Assembly: GCF_963853765.1 (NCBI RefSeq)
Contig: NC_088859.1
Coordinates: forward strand, 16,368,001 to 16,432,000
Origin: Magallana gigas
Taxonomy: Eukaryota
Length of the DNA stretch: 64,000 nucleotides
Direction: 5' to 3'
In this document: positions 1-13,958 of the stretch, piece after piece
How the letters are laid out: each line of letters opens with the position of its first letter
How positions within the stretch are numbered: the stretch's first letter is position 1
The notes under the pieces: generated by a model
Databases searched by the model: none
What the model was told of the DNA's origin: nothing
Seen by the model: only the letters and a program-made list of their open reading frames with translations
Position numbers and translations under genes: made by a program

Positions 1-73
1 AAAAATGTTTGATTTCTCTTCAGATTCGAAATTGATATACTTCATGTCAAGATATGATTGTTTTCTGTTACAG

Positions 74-2331
74 TGCAGTGAAAATAGGTGTGTTGCTAAT
101 GCCTTGGACAAGTCTTCTCATGACTATGAACTTGAACTGCTGAAGAAGGAGAAAGAAGAAGCTCTGGCAGAGGAGGTCAAAACTACCAAAGCTGGTAAGA
201 GTTATTGAAGTAGAAAATTTTGTTTAACTCTAAATACTCCATGTACCAGCACTAACTAATGGCCCATGTTTATTATGAATTCAATTTGAATGTTGTTACA
301 TTCACAGCCTTAGATGCAATGAGAAAAGCTTACGAAGAAGATCTGGAAGAAGAAAAGGAGAAATACCGAGTGGCTCTGAAGACCATGTTTACTGATGACT
401 ATGTAGATGAAATAAAAAAGCGGCATGAGTAAGCAGATAGATTTTATCTATTCCTCTTTTTATTTCCTATGCGAATATCAACAATTTTCTAAATCAAATA
501 AGCATAGAGTGGGCTTAATCAAGAATCATTTTTGTTACATTTACATATAGAATGAAGATCAGGTATAATAATTTGCAAATCCTTTTCGTCTGTAGAAATG
601 AGTTATCAAAGGTTCAAGAGGAGCTATCCCAGGTGTCAATGCATTACGACAGTCGCCGGGAGGATTATAAACTGCTGGAGGATAAGTTGGACTCCACCAA
701 GCGAGAGTATGAAAGTCATATCAACCAGCTGATTAAAAGGTAAAGACTTAACAAATGAATTGATATCTGCAGTTTTATATCTTTAATCTCACTATCCACA
801 TCCTCCCCTGATAAAATGGTGATTGGGATGTCCTTTAACGACGCGCGATAACTTCAAAAGAGTAAATGTCACTATTTTGAGGAGCAATGACGTGTACATG
901 TATAATGTATTGTGTTCAATGAAATGCAATAGAGAATCTCTTTTTTTTCTGTGTAGCAATGAGCAGTTAAACAACCTTGTTAATGAGGAGATCAATAAGC
1001 TGAAGGACTTCATCCAGAACAGAACCATGGCCACTGTTCCCGGCAATGCCACCATTGAAGAGGAACTGTATGATGCCCAGGTAAAATACAAATCAATTAT
1101 AACCATAGATAACATAGAAATCTTTGTTAATTTAGATGAAAAAGCATTAAAATATGGGAGATGATATGATGGAATATTTTTATGGCAGATCATGGTCCGA
1201 GTGAAGGATGCTGAATTACAGAAACTGAGGTCTCAAGTCAAGAACCTGGAAAACAACCTAGAAAGAACAACTGAGGTAAGGACGATGCTCATCCGATTAT
1301 TGTGATATCTGTAATAAAGAGATTGGGTTTCATTTATTTGATCCACCCCTACTCACTTTTGAAATCATGCTTATTAATTTATTCTGAATTTGAACATACT
1401 TTATTGTATATATATCACATACATATACAAATGATTGGGACACAAGTTCTAGCTAACAACTTATGAGGTCTTCACCATTTATTAATTGATAAATACAGGA
1501 ACAGAGACAGAGTATGACTCAGTACCTGCAGATGTTCAGGAAATATACAGAGCTACAGAACAAAATCAAACAGGAAACATCTGCCAAAGAGAAGGATGAA
1601 TCCAAAGACAAGAACAGACAACTCCGACGAAGTAAGCATTTCCAAAGCAATCATGGTTTTCTTTCCTTGAAATGACTGAAGGTGTACTCAAAACACTGGT
1701 GTCGTTGTTTAGCTAGAAAAAATGCGGATTGTTGTTCTATTTGTGTCTTTTTAAAATAAAATAACCTATATATCAAGGTATACATTTAGTAGCAAAATCA
1801 TGAAATTGAAAGCAATGTGTTACTTACCAGTACCAGGGCTATATAATATGAATAATTTTGTTTTTTTTCAGCTCCCTCATTCCACCATAGAGCTCGTAGT
1901 CCAAGCCCAAGTCAACAAAACCCAACAAAAAAGGATGAGCACCAAAGCCGAGACTCTCACAAGCGCCGGTGTCACCTTGATGTTAAAGGTATATAGGCTG
2001 GTTTAATTACTTTTGTGGTCAATTACACATATTGCAATATGTTTCATCCCCATATCAATTGATTTGATTACATCAACTCTTTTTAAGATTTTTTATTATG
2101 TAGATTTTTTTTCTCAGAATGCTATTCAGCAACCATGCATATACTTACTTGTTCTTATCGGGAATATAATAAATGTTCTTGATATTTTTTTCAGATCTGA
2201 AAAGATCCAAGAGTAGTCCCTCCCTGCCGTTTGTCTTTGATGGCCGTCTTCCCTTTGGACAAGGCAAGCACAGAGATTCCCTTGGATCCTCCAAGTATTC
2301 CAAATCCAAAACCAAGGCCTCCAATGTTTAA
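74..2331 (+). CDS. MPRIP: MPRIP/TRIOBP/outspread-like coiled-coil protein, 3' exons only (gene starts before the window)
   Basis: Phase-consistent GT-AG exons: 74-194, 308-428, 596-739, 957-1080, 1189-1275, 1499-1631, 1872-1988, 2195-2331 (TAA). Peptides ELELLKKEKEEALAEEVKTTKAALDAMRKAY, NEQLNNLVNEEINKLK, IMVRVKDAELQKLRSQVKNL and DLKRSKSSPSL match my recollection of the MPRIP C-terminus (EKDRLLAEETAATISAIEAMK, NQELNNRLAAEITRL, VLLRVKESEIQYLK, DIMKSKSNPDF). Confidence 0.8.
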
Positions 2332-3842
2332 CTCTGTACCAATGTCTATTAATTATCATTATATGTACATGTACCATAACTATAAAACATCAAAGTGGAG
2401 TAAATTTCAGGATATTCTTTAGTTAAGTTTTTATTTACCATAAATCCTAAATAACCAAATATAAAGAGATTTTTTTTTAAGTACTTCATTTTCCCTGTAA
2501 ATCGTTGCATTAAAACTGCTGGTCAGTTTAACTTGTGAAGAATGGCATTTTCAGGACTACGCACATTTCAACTAAACGAAATTTATCCTGTTGGATTCCT
2601 TTACTGCTGATCTTGTTTTTCTCCTGTTATTGAATTTTGTCCTTTGAAAGAATGTTCTTGCCACATGTTTTATTTTTTTTGTTTTGAATTTATTCAATGA
2701 TTGTGATCCCAAGAAGTGCACAACAAGGGTCAGAAGAGCTATTTTTATAGTTTTTGTAAGATTCCACACCATTAAGTGCATATACAGCCATTATAATTTA
2801 TTAAACCAGCCAGGGTTGTGATTCTTTTTTTTTTAAACTGCCTTGTTACTAATTTTAATGTTATGTATTTAATCGACAGTCATATCAGTGGATCATGTGA
2901 TGCTTTTTTATTCAGAAACTTTTCTATCTCGGAGAAGAGTTGGCTGATATTTTAACATTATATAAATATATATGTATACAGGTTGGCCATTTCTCTACAT
3001 TTTAGTCGGTTGTAGAAACATTTGCTAAGCAGATGATCAGTGCTCTGATAATCATGATTTTTTTTGTACCCCTCAATTTTTTTTTAGGTAATTATGTATC
3101 CTCTGAATATACATATTGATGTCTATTGATGTTAGTGTATAATTATTATACAACATGTATGATACTGCTGTTTAGTTTATGTATGAAAACTTATTAAATC
3201 AAAACTTCACATTAGGGTTATGTGCATTTTTGCAAGGTGATGCTACATTGGTCTTTTTCATGTGTATTAATTTCTCTGTTTCTGGGTTTTTTGTTCATAT
3301 CACAAAGAATTTTATATTAGGAAATTTATTTTACAACTTATTACATGTATATGTTTCAGATGTGTATTGTACATTTCATATGATTATATTCATATTACTG
3401 ACAAAATAAATTTATGATATACACTATTTGATCTGTTTTTATTTTTGTACATATAAATCCCTGAAATACCTAGCAGTACTTGTATGTCAACACAGCATTA
3501 CAATTCACATGCTTTTAACACATTCTCTCCGGGCGAGTATCAATTGTATCCATTTATTGACTGGGAGAGGAAAAGATATATATAATGATCCTGCAATGTT
3601 GATTTTACATGCATGTACTTGATCTGTCTTAATTAGAAAAAATAATAAATTTGCAGGTTATTTTGTGTATTAATTTATATGAATTGTTAAAGTCCATTGT
3701 GGTAGCCCGTTATGGATAAAATCCATAGGATTTGCGATTTTTATAAATCTATAGCCGTCATATGTGAAATTGACATCAAATTTAATTATCATTAATATTT
3801 CCATTGTGTATATTTTGACAGCCCCTTTGCATTAAATCAATT

Positions 3843-4028
3843 TACCCCTTCACAAAACCTGCGGAACCAGTCTCTTGCATGGCAAATTGATATACTTTGC
3901 CAAAGTTTAAGTAGGTAGTTAATTAAATGACATAAATGAATCAATTAATTGACATTACATATTTCACTACGCTCTATGTCAATTTGCCCTGCAAAAGAGC
4001 AGTACTGCAGTTACTGTGATGGGGTCTA
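3843..4028. mobile_element. ~190-bp MITE, TA-flanked (copy 1)
   Basis: Degenerate terminal inverted repeats. Internal sequence (ggcaaattgatatactttgcc...tttgccctgcaaaagagcagtac) is shared with 5070-5268. Confidence 0.65.
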
Positions 4029-4531
4029 TAGTGGTCATCTGTTGCTTAATGGGTGCCTTATAAAGTGTACCATTAGCAAATTACCGATTTACTCCTTTAT
4101 AGGTACCTGTTCAGTAAGTTTAATATAGAAAGCAAAAGGGTCTTGATATAGAGTAACCAAGTAAACGACAGTTAATCGCATTGTTCATTAAAGGGGGGGG
4201 GGGGGGGGGGTGTCTGAGTTTCATTATTATCTGTGATGTCTGACAGACGAGCAAAGGTTTCATGATCAGAAAATCATCTAGGCCTAACTGAGTCTGTAAC
4301 GATCCATCGAATATCGCCCGACTGATATTTCAAGCTCGTTTTTTCAATGAGAAATTTTGATACATTATTATCTTTGAAATGTCGCACTGGTAAGGTGTTC
4401 AAATCGGATCCATAATCGAATTTATTCAGAATTTATATTTTACTCTTTCGTAGTGGAGGCGAAAAAATCTCACCTTCCGGTACGGAAAAAAGAGGCATTG
4501 GTTTTGCATCTGGAAACGTTTTTACATCAGA

Positions 4532-7500
4532 ATGTTTTATTTTACAAGCAATGGTAAAGTAAATAAAACAAAACACAATCATATGTTTGAAGCTACACTC
4601 AGGTGCCAAAAGGATGATATTTTTTTGTTTTATCCCAATATATTTCGTTGAAAACAAGATTTATCTTGAAAAATTTCTGGTGTTATTTTTGGTCATATTT
4701 TGAAGAAATTTATATACAGTAGATTTTGACATACACTGTAATAGTTTTTGACAACTCTTTTGTAAAATTTTAAACACAACACTAAGATATTTTTAAGAGC
4801 TCTAATATGTATTTTTTGCAAAATGTGAGCCGAAAAATTTTGGATTGTTGATATTAAATCTCAGGAACAGGATGTTGCACAAATATCTACGGTAATATGA
4901 TGCAAAAAAGCTGAAAAAATTCTGAATATATCATGAAAATTTGTAAAGGGAGGCTACTTTAATTTCTAATAAAAAAAATGACATACTTTTGTCACCTGAG
5001 TGTAAATATGTTAGCATATCTACTATATATATTATCAAATAAGATTTGCATATCTCATAATATCTGACATAGACCCTTTCATGATAATTTTGGTACTGCT
5101 CTCTTGGATGGCAAATTGATATACTTTGCCGAAGTTTTAGTAGGTAGATAATTACCGGTAATTAAATGACGTAAGTGAAACAATTGACAGACGTTACGTC
5201 ATGTTTCACCAAAAAATGTAATTTTGCCCTGCAAAAGAGCAGTACCACTGTTACCGTGAAAGGGCCTATGTATCCCACTGATGTATTAGTAATTAATTCT
5301 CCTATCTGAGGCCATTTTTGATCATTAATGTAAATTCCTTATTTTTTGCGAGTTCTTAATTCAACGATTCAAATTTTTAACAATAGTGTCATTAAAAGTG
5401 AGAATTTAAAATCAGCGAGATTTTCAAATGACCATGTGAACATTTTTTAAATAGTTGCTTAAACAGACACAAACACATTATCTGATCAGTGCTGTCTGAT
5501 TATCAAGATGATTTACCCTTTGCAAGGATAAGAAATGCATTTTCTATGATATCAGAGAATTAGGAGGAGAATTAGGAGAATAGACTGCTAAATTGTAGTG
5601 GGCTATACACTATATATAATCAAGGTGGGCCATGTTGAATTGTCAGTCCAAATATCAAGCCAAGCTAAATCAAAGTTTAGTAAACTGTTGTGCCCTTAAT
5701 CTGTTAATTGCCCAAAGTTATGATATATAATATAGGTATAAATTCATTCTTTAACATTTTTATGAATCTTTTTACTGGATTACTTTACCTTTAAATAAAG
5801 TTATCATTAAATTTGTCTACTTAAAGAAAAAATTAAAGCATTTAATCAAGATTTACACTTATATGGTTTATTAAGATGTCTGATCTATTTTCAGTGGTTT
5901 CCCCTCCTTATACAATGTACATGGGGGAGGATAAACATGAAAGTAAGAAGCTTTGGATTTTACTGAATTTTTTTGTCATGTGACATTGAGTTAAACAATA
6001 AAGTAACAATAATTTAAATAACTATTATAATTTTTTTTTGCATTTCTTTTCAATCAATAAAAATAAATTCTTATCAATTCCCTTTTCTAGATGAAGAATT
6101 GATTCGATGGGGATTTCCTGAAGATGTTTGGTAAAATTCTATATTTGTACCATACATCCAATTTAGAATTTGTAGTACATGTACATTCCACAATGTTTTG
6201 TTTTTATTTTATTATTCATTATTATTGAACCAAGATTGCTAATCTGAATCTGATTATTCTTGACAACAGGTTCCATGTTGACAAAGTATCCTCTGCTCAT
6301 GTTTACCTACGATTACATCTAGTAAGTGCTCTGTTTTTGTTAGATTAAAGTGCTTTTTAATCAAACAACTCCTTCATTTTGCAAGACAACAAATTGAACA
6401 CAAAAATATCAAACAAATAAAAGCATTTAAAAATACACTGGCAAGTATTGGCATAAGTACACATTTGTGAGAGTTTCAGATTTTGTGATCAAAAGTGGAG
6501 TAAAAACCCAGATATTAATTTGAATTTCTATTTCAGAATGAAACTTTAGATGATGTTCCCCAGTCAGTGATAGATGACTGTGCACAACTTGTCAAAGCTA
6601 ACAGCATCTCAGGTAAAATCTCATTTATGAAAATGTTAAAGAGTGTTAAATGTAGTAATACATGTATTTAGATGTATAATTCAATACTCAAGCATACTGC
6701 CATTTGTAAATTATTTTATCATACAAAATGTAAGAGATTTTGACAATAGCACAATTACATGGATATAAATTTCAATACTATAATTTTGGAGGATTTAATT
6801 ACCGGGTATTTGTTCTTTAATTACGGTATGTGGAACTATTTCTTATGAATAATACATGCAGAAATATTACGGTTATACAGTATGTTAAATACAAAATTGT
6901 GTAAGATCTTATGATATGACATGATATACACTTTCCAATTGTTTTCTATAAAACAGGTAACAAAATGAATAATATAGATGTTGTGTATACTATGTGGGCA
7001 AATCTCAAGAAAACTCAGGGAATGGATGTTGGACAAGTAGGATTCTTCAAAGACAAAGAGGTAACAGTGCACAATTTGATAATATATTAAATGTTAGGAC
7101 CTTGAACACTTATAAATTTGACGATAGATGCCGTTTTATTTTTCAGATGTTAATTGATTTTATGCTCATGATTTGTAAACAAAAGACCTGCTGTTTGATT
7201 TTATATAGGTCAGAAAAGTGAAAGTAGAAAAAAGAATAAATGAAATAGTGAACAGGTTAAACAAGACTAAAACGGAGGATCATCCAGATTTTCGCCAGTT
7301 GAGGGAAGACCGTGACCGAGAAGAAAGAGAGGACCAGAAAAAGAAGATGGCAGATCAGAGGAAAAGGGAGAAGGAGGCAGAAGACCAGAAAAAGAGAGAA
7401 GCTGAAACAAGGTTATTATTCAATATCTATTCCGTTTGGTATTGAAGACAAATTACTGTAAACATATTACATTTGGCTGTATGTTATATTAAGCGTCGTA

Positions 7501-9525
7501 ATGCGACTTTCACTTATTAAATCAAGTACATCGCTAAATGCCATGCATATATGTATGCAAACAGAAGAATTCAGGATTACGTAACTCGAATCCACCCACC
7601 TTGTTTAAAAAAAATTTTCTGCCAAGTACATTACATGACAAATATAGAACATTTACAGTAGAAAAACAATGTAGTTAATGAGTAAATATTGTGTTGAATA
7701 TCTGAAGAAACTGGTTAAGGAAACAAAAATGTCCTTAAAATGTGTGGTAAATCACTTAGCAAATAGCATTATAACAAGAGTGTTTTAAACAGCTATCCGG
7801 CCAGTTAGTTGGTAGTTAGAAATAAAAAGCATGGAATACTTTCATAAAATACTAATTTCTATTTTATGGACAACCATACCTATTTTTTTATTTTTTGTTT
7901 GAGAGAAGGTGGATTAATTTTTCTAAATATTTGTTATAAAACAAGTTCTAAGTTTTATCATGAAATACTATAAGCAGTTAAAGAACTATACAAAGATGTA
8001 ATAAAAATCATTTCAAATTCCACTCCACTGGTTTCACTAATCTTGGCATTGATTCATGTCTGCATTTGATTAATGTCAAACATTTTAATTGATATGAATC
8101 AATGTTTGTGACTAAAGCTTTTATTATATTTTAATTCTATACAGAATGCCGAACAGTCTTAAATATCTAATTATTGATTCTATTCAATATATTTTATTAT
8201 TGTGATAAATTTAGCTCTTTTGCTTAATCTCAATAATCTGTTAATGAATATTGATTAAAAAACAAATTCATTGTGTTTCTGAAATCTAAAGGAAGATATT
8301 TAATGATATATATATATTAGCAGAAAAACCATTATTTTAGAATTTTATTGGGTTTTTTTTCAGATCGTATGCAAACTTAATGAGAGCAGAAAATATGACA
8401 TCAAATAGAGTAAGTATTGTGGTGACATGGATACATAACTTTTTAAATATGCATTGTATATTAATTATTTCCTAATAGGTTTGTTATCAGTAATGACTGT
8501 CTATAAATTTATTGGGTCGTTAAAGGGGCATGGTCACGATTTTGGTCAAAAATTATTTTTTCGATTTGAATGTTTACAATGCTTTAGTAAGGCATATTTA
8601 ATAGGCAACTAAAATTTGAGTGTCATTTGATAAGTTATAAGCAAGTTACAGAGCTTACAATTCTTCGCTATGTAAACAAAGCTTTTGTTTACATTTCGAA
8701 TGTTGAAGTGAAAATTCCAGTTTTAGACCTAAAATAAATGTGTTAATCATTAGGAACTATTTATTTATGCTTTAAATGAATAATAAGAAAGACAAACCAG
8801 CTTTAAAAAGATATTTTCCTGGTATATTGAACCTATGTAAACAAAAACAGGGCACGAACCTTGTTTACATGACAAAGAATTGTGAGCCGTGTATCTTGCT
8901 TAAAACTCAACGACTGGCACCCAAATTTCATTTGATCATTAGAAATGCATTCCTAAAGCATTGCAAATAATAAAAATAGAAAAATAAAATTTGAACAAAA
9001 TCGTGACCATGCCCCTTTAACGTCCTTAGAAGATGAGGCAAAGTCAAGCCTTCTTTGAATATAAACAACCCGTAAAAAACCGAATAAATATTATATTTTA
9101 CTGAGAACCAAAACTTTCTCATTAAATACAAGAATGAAATGCAGTAAAAAAAAACCCAATACTTTTAGTCTACCTGTTGCCATCTAAACTTTTCCACGAG
9201 CTATCTTCAGATGTATGATAGAAGAAATCACATGTTTTATCCAATGACAGAGCATCAATTAATTATAAGTCTCAGGCAAACCAAAGATTTTGAATGTTCA
9301 AGTACCTAGATTAATGGATGTATGGCATTAATATAAGGTATCAAAATGTTATGAAATTTTCAAAGCAACTTTGACAGAGTTATTCCCCTTTTAGAGAGCA
9401 TATGACCATTGTTTATATGCATGTATTTGTACACTTCAGAAATAGATCAAAGGATATTGACATACCTAATTATTTTTTTTTTGGTCTTTCAGGATGATGG
9501 CAATGATTCGGATGATTTTATGTGA
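4532..9525 (+). CDS. CCDC25: Coiled-coil domain-containing protein 25 (NFACT-R domain)
   Basis: Exons 4532-4553, 5895-5942, 6091-6130, 6270-6321, 6537-6612, 6957-7060, 7209-7411, 8364-8409, 9493-9525. They give [52 protein letters not shown]...[16 protein letters not shown]...DGNDSDDFM*, the hallmark CCDC25 sequence. AATAAA at 9878. Confidence 0.95.
4594..5004. mobile_element. ~410-bp Tc1/mariner-type MITE (TA TSD) in CCDC25 intron 1
   Basis: TA-cactcaggtgccaaaagga ... tacttttgtcacctgagtg-TA terminal inverted repeats. Confidence 0.8.
5070..5268. mobile_element. ~200-bp MITE, TA-flanked (copy 2)
   Basis: TIRs gaccctttcatgat..ggtactgctctcttg / caaaagagcagtacc..cgtgaaagggcc. Same family as 3843-4028. 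Confidence 0.75.
8520..9020. mobile_element. Kolobok-like non-autonomous DNA element (TTAA TSD) in CCDC25 intron
   Basis: TTAA-aggggcatggtcacgattttg ... caaaatcgtgaccatgcccct-TTAA: perfect 21-bp TIR plus TTAA. Purine termini argue for Kolobok rather than piggyBac (CCC). Confidence 0.85.
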
Positions 9526-11579
9526 AGTAAAAAATGACAAACCAAATGTCTTTCATCAATCAGCTTCAGATAAAGAATGGGATCTGAAGTAAAGAGGAAA
9601 ACTGATTAAACTGCTTGTTTTTTTAATATTTATAGCTCATAAGCAAAACTTGAGCCAGTTTTCTCAGACACCTGCAGTTTCTCTCAAATTTATACCATAA
9701 ACATGTTATTGTTTTCTTTAAAATTGATAGGTGACATTGAAATTAAGAGCATATCAACTGCTACAATGCTCTCCTCGTATGTGTTGTCTATGAATTGGCA
9801 TATGATGAAATCAGACTCCTTTATAGTATATTGACTGCATATTGACAGTGTATATATTATATCTTATTGCTCTGTTCAATAAAATTATCAAAATGTGTGT
9901 GTATTTCGGTTTATATGAATATAAAGAATGTTCATCAACTTTAATTACATGTCCTGGGTTGACGTAGAGAATGGGAAAGTGTTGAAGCTTATTTTTTTTG
10001 CCCTTTTAAAATTCTCAAATTTTCCTTTTTTCTGTTTTAAATTATTGATACAGGAATTAAATTTTCAAATACATGTAGCAATAATTATTGCACATAATAT
10101 TCAATTTGTACTTAAAAATTGCAGCCAAGACATAAAATGGAAATCACTTTTATTCAAAGGTACAGGTAGTCTTGCTGTAGGAGTGAATTCCCCTCATGAC
10201 TTCTACATATTACCCAGTGGCAAGACCTGTACAATCCATAACATCCTCAGCTCCCGGGGGGGAGGGGGGGGGGGCATACAAGCAGAGCTGCCAAATTATG
10301 GTGCTAATATATGCTTTTTCATTCACATAGCCAGCTTGACTCATGTGCCAGGTACCCTTTTTAACCCCTTAGTGGGGAGTAAAGTAACTTGCTGAAGGTT
10401 ACAGTGATACCACAAAAGTGATGGACTAAACCGTTGGCCCTCCCAGTGCTAATCATGTCCAAATCGGTCAAAGCTATTAACTGTGCAAACACATACTCCA
10501 CTCACAGGCACTTGATATTGGGTATTTTTTCATAATAAAAAATATACCCCCAATTAAAATAATACACAGGCACCTGATGTTATAGATTTTTTTAATTACA
10601 AAAAAAGTTGTAAAATGGCAGATTCCTGTTTTTATTACTATTTATGTAGTTATTATTATTATCAAACATGTATATAGTGACCTATATATCAAACTCTAAG
10701 GTGCTGTACAAACATATTATGTTAACAAAAATTTAAAAAATCTACAGCAGTCATAAATGAAATCATACAATAAATATATTAAAAGTTTAATAAATATATG
10801 TTTTGATACCCCTGCTCAGAGAGATTTCTTTGAAATTTTTACTTAAACATTGCACTAGTTACCTGAATTTGATGATTGAGCATACACAGTACATGTATTT
10901 GCATGAGTATTTGATATCATCTGATGCTCTAGCTCCATCCGCAGGAATAATTAAGGACAAACCAATGAGGTTTGTAAGAATTTATTTTAAAAATATATTA
11001 TAATTATAAAATAATTTAACAATGAAGTCATCATTCTTTACTAAAAAATATTATAAAGAATTTCATTATAAATTTTTATTTAAATAATTTAATGTCAATT
11101 TCTCAGTCTGGCCTTCCTTTTAGGATTTCAAAGTGTTAATTAATTTAAATTCAGAATATTTTGCAAGTTGCTTTATTTCAATGCATAGATCTGTAGAGTT
11201 TAACTTTTATGTCTGGCAAAACATGATAAGAAACATATTTCATAAATATTTTGCGAGGTATAATCTTATATTTACAGACAAATAAAACAAAAAAATTTAA
11301 AGAAATTGACAAACTTGTTAAGATTGCAGAATCCGCTCCTGCTAGATCCATATTTTGACCAGTTTAGGGTACCAGTTCATTATTTGCATACCGCATGGCG
11401 TTTGACCCCTAACCTTGTCTTATGACACAGTTTACTATCCGCTTGTTGATGGAAATTACATCTTCTTTACATTTCTGATATCTTTTATATTATACTATTT
11501 TATAGAAGTGTTATTTTAAAATCTCTTATAAAGACGAAAGAACACAAATCAAAGAGAAATAGGTTTATTTATATCGAAG

Positions 11580-12300
11580 CGATTCCGCCATATTGAATGC
11601 CTTCCTCGGGCCGAAATACCGTGATCCGGAAGTAGGGTGGTCTTCAATATAGTGCAAGATTAATTTTCTAGTTGATCGCAAATCATCGACAAAGTAAGAC
11701 TAAAAATCATAAAGATACAATGATAGTTTAGTTAATATAAGTTTATAGTTAAAAATATAAGTCATATTGTCATTTTTCTGAAAACGTAACCACATCCGGT
11801 TTTGCGTGCGTAGGAATCTGGTGTCTTTGCTGACGCGGGGAGACTGGCAACTGTTGCCGTAGGAATAAACGCCATAGCCACCGTAGCTGTTGACGACTGT
11901 TACCCACCAACACGTAAAAGGTGATTTTTCATTTACATCATGGTCAAAGTAGTAGATGTAAATCAATGTCTCTTCGGGGATGTTTTTTGCAATAAAATTT
12001 TGAGACATTTCTCGGTAATTTGCGATGTGTTCCATGCATGCTGGGGTTGGATACCGTTTCGTAAAGAAAATGGCGTCCAACTCGAGGTGTAAATGTTTTT
12101 TGGTCAGCAACCGTTTTGTATCCTAGCAATGACTATAAATGTTTCCATGGTAACAACTATTTTAATGTTTCTAATTTTGATTTCATATTGTAAACGTGTT
12201 ATTGATTATTTTTGATTGATTTGAACTGTTTAAATAAGTAAATTCCACCGGAGTTGGTTGAACTTGGGCGGAATGTTGAGTTGCTAGGAAACCAGAAATG
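11580..12300. promoter_or_regulatory. CpG-enriched promoter region upstream of RFX, with X-boxes and YY1-type motifs
   Basis: Local CpG enrichment. CCGCCATATT near 11585 and AAAATGGCG at 12067 (YY1-like). X-boxes GTTTCCATGGTAAC (12141-12154), GTTGCTAGGAAAC (12280-12292) and GTATCCTAGCAAT (12118-12130). Confidence 0.7.
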
Positions 12301-13958
12301 TATCTAAGATAACACTGTAGACACAAAGTTGACATCACTGTTGGCTTTTCATATCCATAATTAAGTAAACTTTATAAAGTTTACTAAACTTGTAAAGTTA
12401 ATCAATGTTCTACCCATGACAAATTTTTAATGTCATCTTGTCCTGACATGTTCAAGAAAAACAAATGGAATAAATGTGAACAAGATTCATCATGACAATT
12501 TTTTAAAAGAAAGTATTTAACTTTTAATATTTTTGTTCTGAAAAAAAAGATAAACTCCTTGCTATTATGTTTGGAAAAAAAAAATCCTAAAAATATGACT
12601 TGATATATATAAATAGGATATATATGAACAAAATATTTCTCTGTAATTTTTTTTTTCTATGAAATAATTGTTTACATTTATTCATACTAAAAAAGGGTTT
12701 TGTAAGGTATTACTTCGTATGTGTATTGTTTTAAATATAATAAAATTTTATGATGTTATTAACATAGATTGAAGTTAAGTGTTAATAATAGAGATTACAA
12801 TGACAAATAATTAATTTTTATTAAATGAAATTATGCAACTTTTGTTTAGAATAAAAATTAACATATAGTCGAATTTTGTATCAGGAAGAATTATATCTAA
12901 ACATTTACAAAATATATAAAATAAAACCTTTACAAATAGTAATTTTGATATTTAAAAAACAGATTTAAAGAATAATTTCACTTTTTACCATAATATATTT
13001 TTTAAAACAATGGCAGTTATTTGACTGTCAATTTCTCCCATTTTTACTGTATTCAAGATCAGTCAATTCTTTCCATAATAATTTCAAATTATTATTACCG
13101 GTATATGAAAACATGTTAGTTTAGCATTATCCATAAACATTCATTTAATTTCTGACTAAAATATAAAAATAAAAAATTGTATATGTAATGTTGGATTTGT
13201 TTAAAATTTAAATTCAGTATTTTCTTATCTTTTTATGAAAACTACTGGCAAAATGCATTGTTATATAAAAATATTTGTCATATTCCAAAAAGGAGACTAT
13301 CTATTAATATTACTTATTCTCTCAAGATTATGTTATTTAAGGAAAAAGTGAATGATAATTTTTTCTCCAAAGTTATCAAATCTGACTTTATATTTGATAT
13401 GTAGAAAACAGAGGATCATTAAGTTAAAAGTTAAAAAGAAATCCATAAAACTGAAGAAAGAGTTATTAAAGGTTCATATATTCAGTACATAACTTAAAAC
13501 ACAATTAAAAATTGACTTGGCAATGCTGATAAAATTATTACTTATTTGATCTGACTTAACTGTTATTAATTTGTAGGATATTTATTATTGTAGAAAAAAA
13601 TTCTGAAATTTAGAATTTCATTCTGCAATGTGCATTGATAATCAGTCATTAATAAATAAAGTTGTTTACAAGACATTTCAGATTTATAAAACACATGCAA
13701 CTATTTTATTACTTTCGATACTTTGGATTGAATGTGTTAATATAAAATTCACAAGCAACTTTTTAGCTCAAAGCTACATGACTAGAATGTTCGATTGAAA
13801 ACAGTTGCAACTCTCAGGCAGATGCAAAATGCATTACATTTAAAAAAAAAAAAGGAAATACAGTTAAGCTTTAATAAAAAAAAAAAAATAAACATATCAA
13901 GCAATATGTTTCCATAATTGGTTTTGATTTTTTAATTCCAGTTTTCACAAATGCTCAG

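Noticed and set aside
10150-11460. GC-richer patches and a minus-strand AATAAA suggesting a transcript divergent from the RFX promoter; ORF 9928-10395
   Set aside because: No coherent exon chain, coding homology or snoRNA box structure could be established by eye.
11700-12129. Minus-strand ORFs of 136 and 61 aa over the RFX promoter
   Set aside because: No recognisable homology or splice context. Higher GC in the promoter lowers stop-codon frequency.
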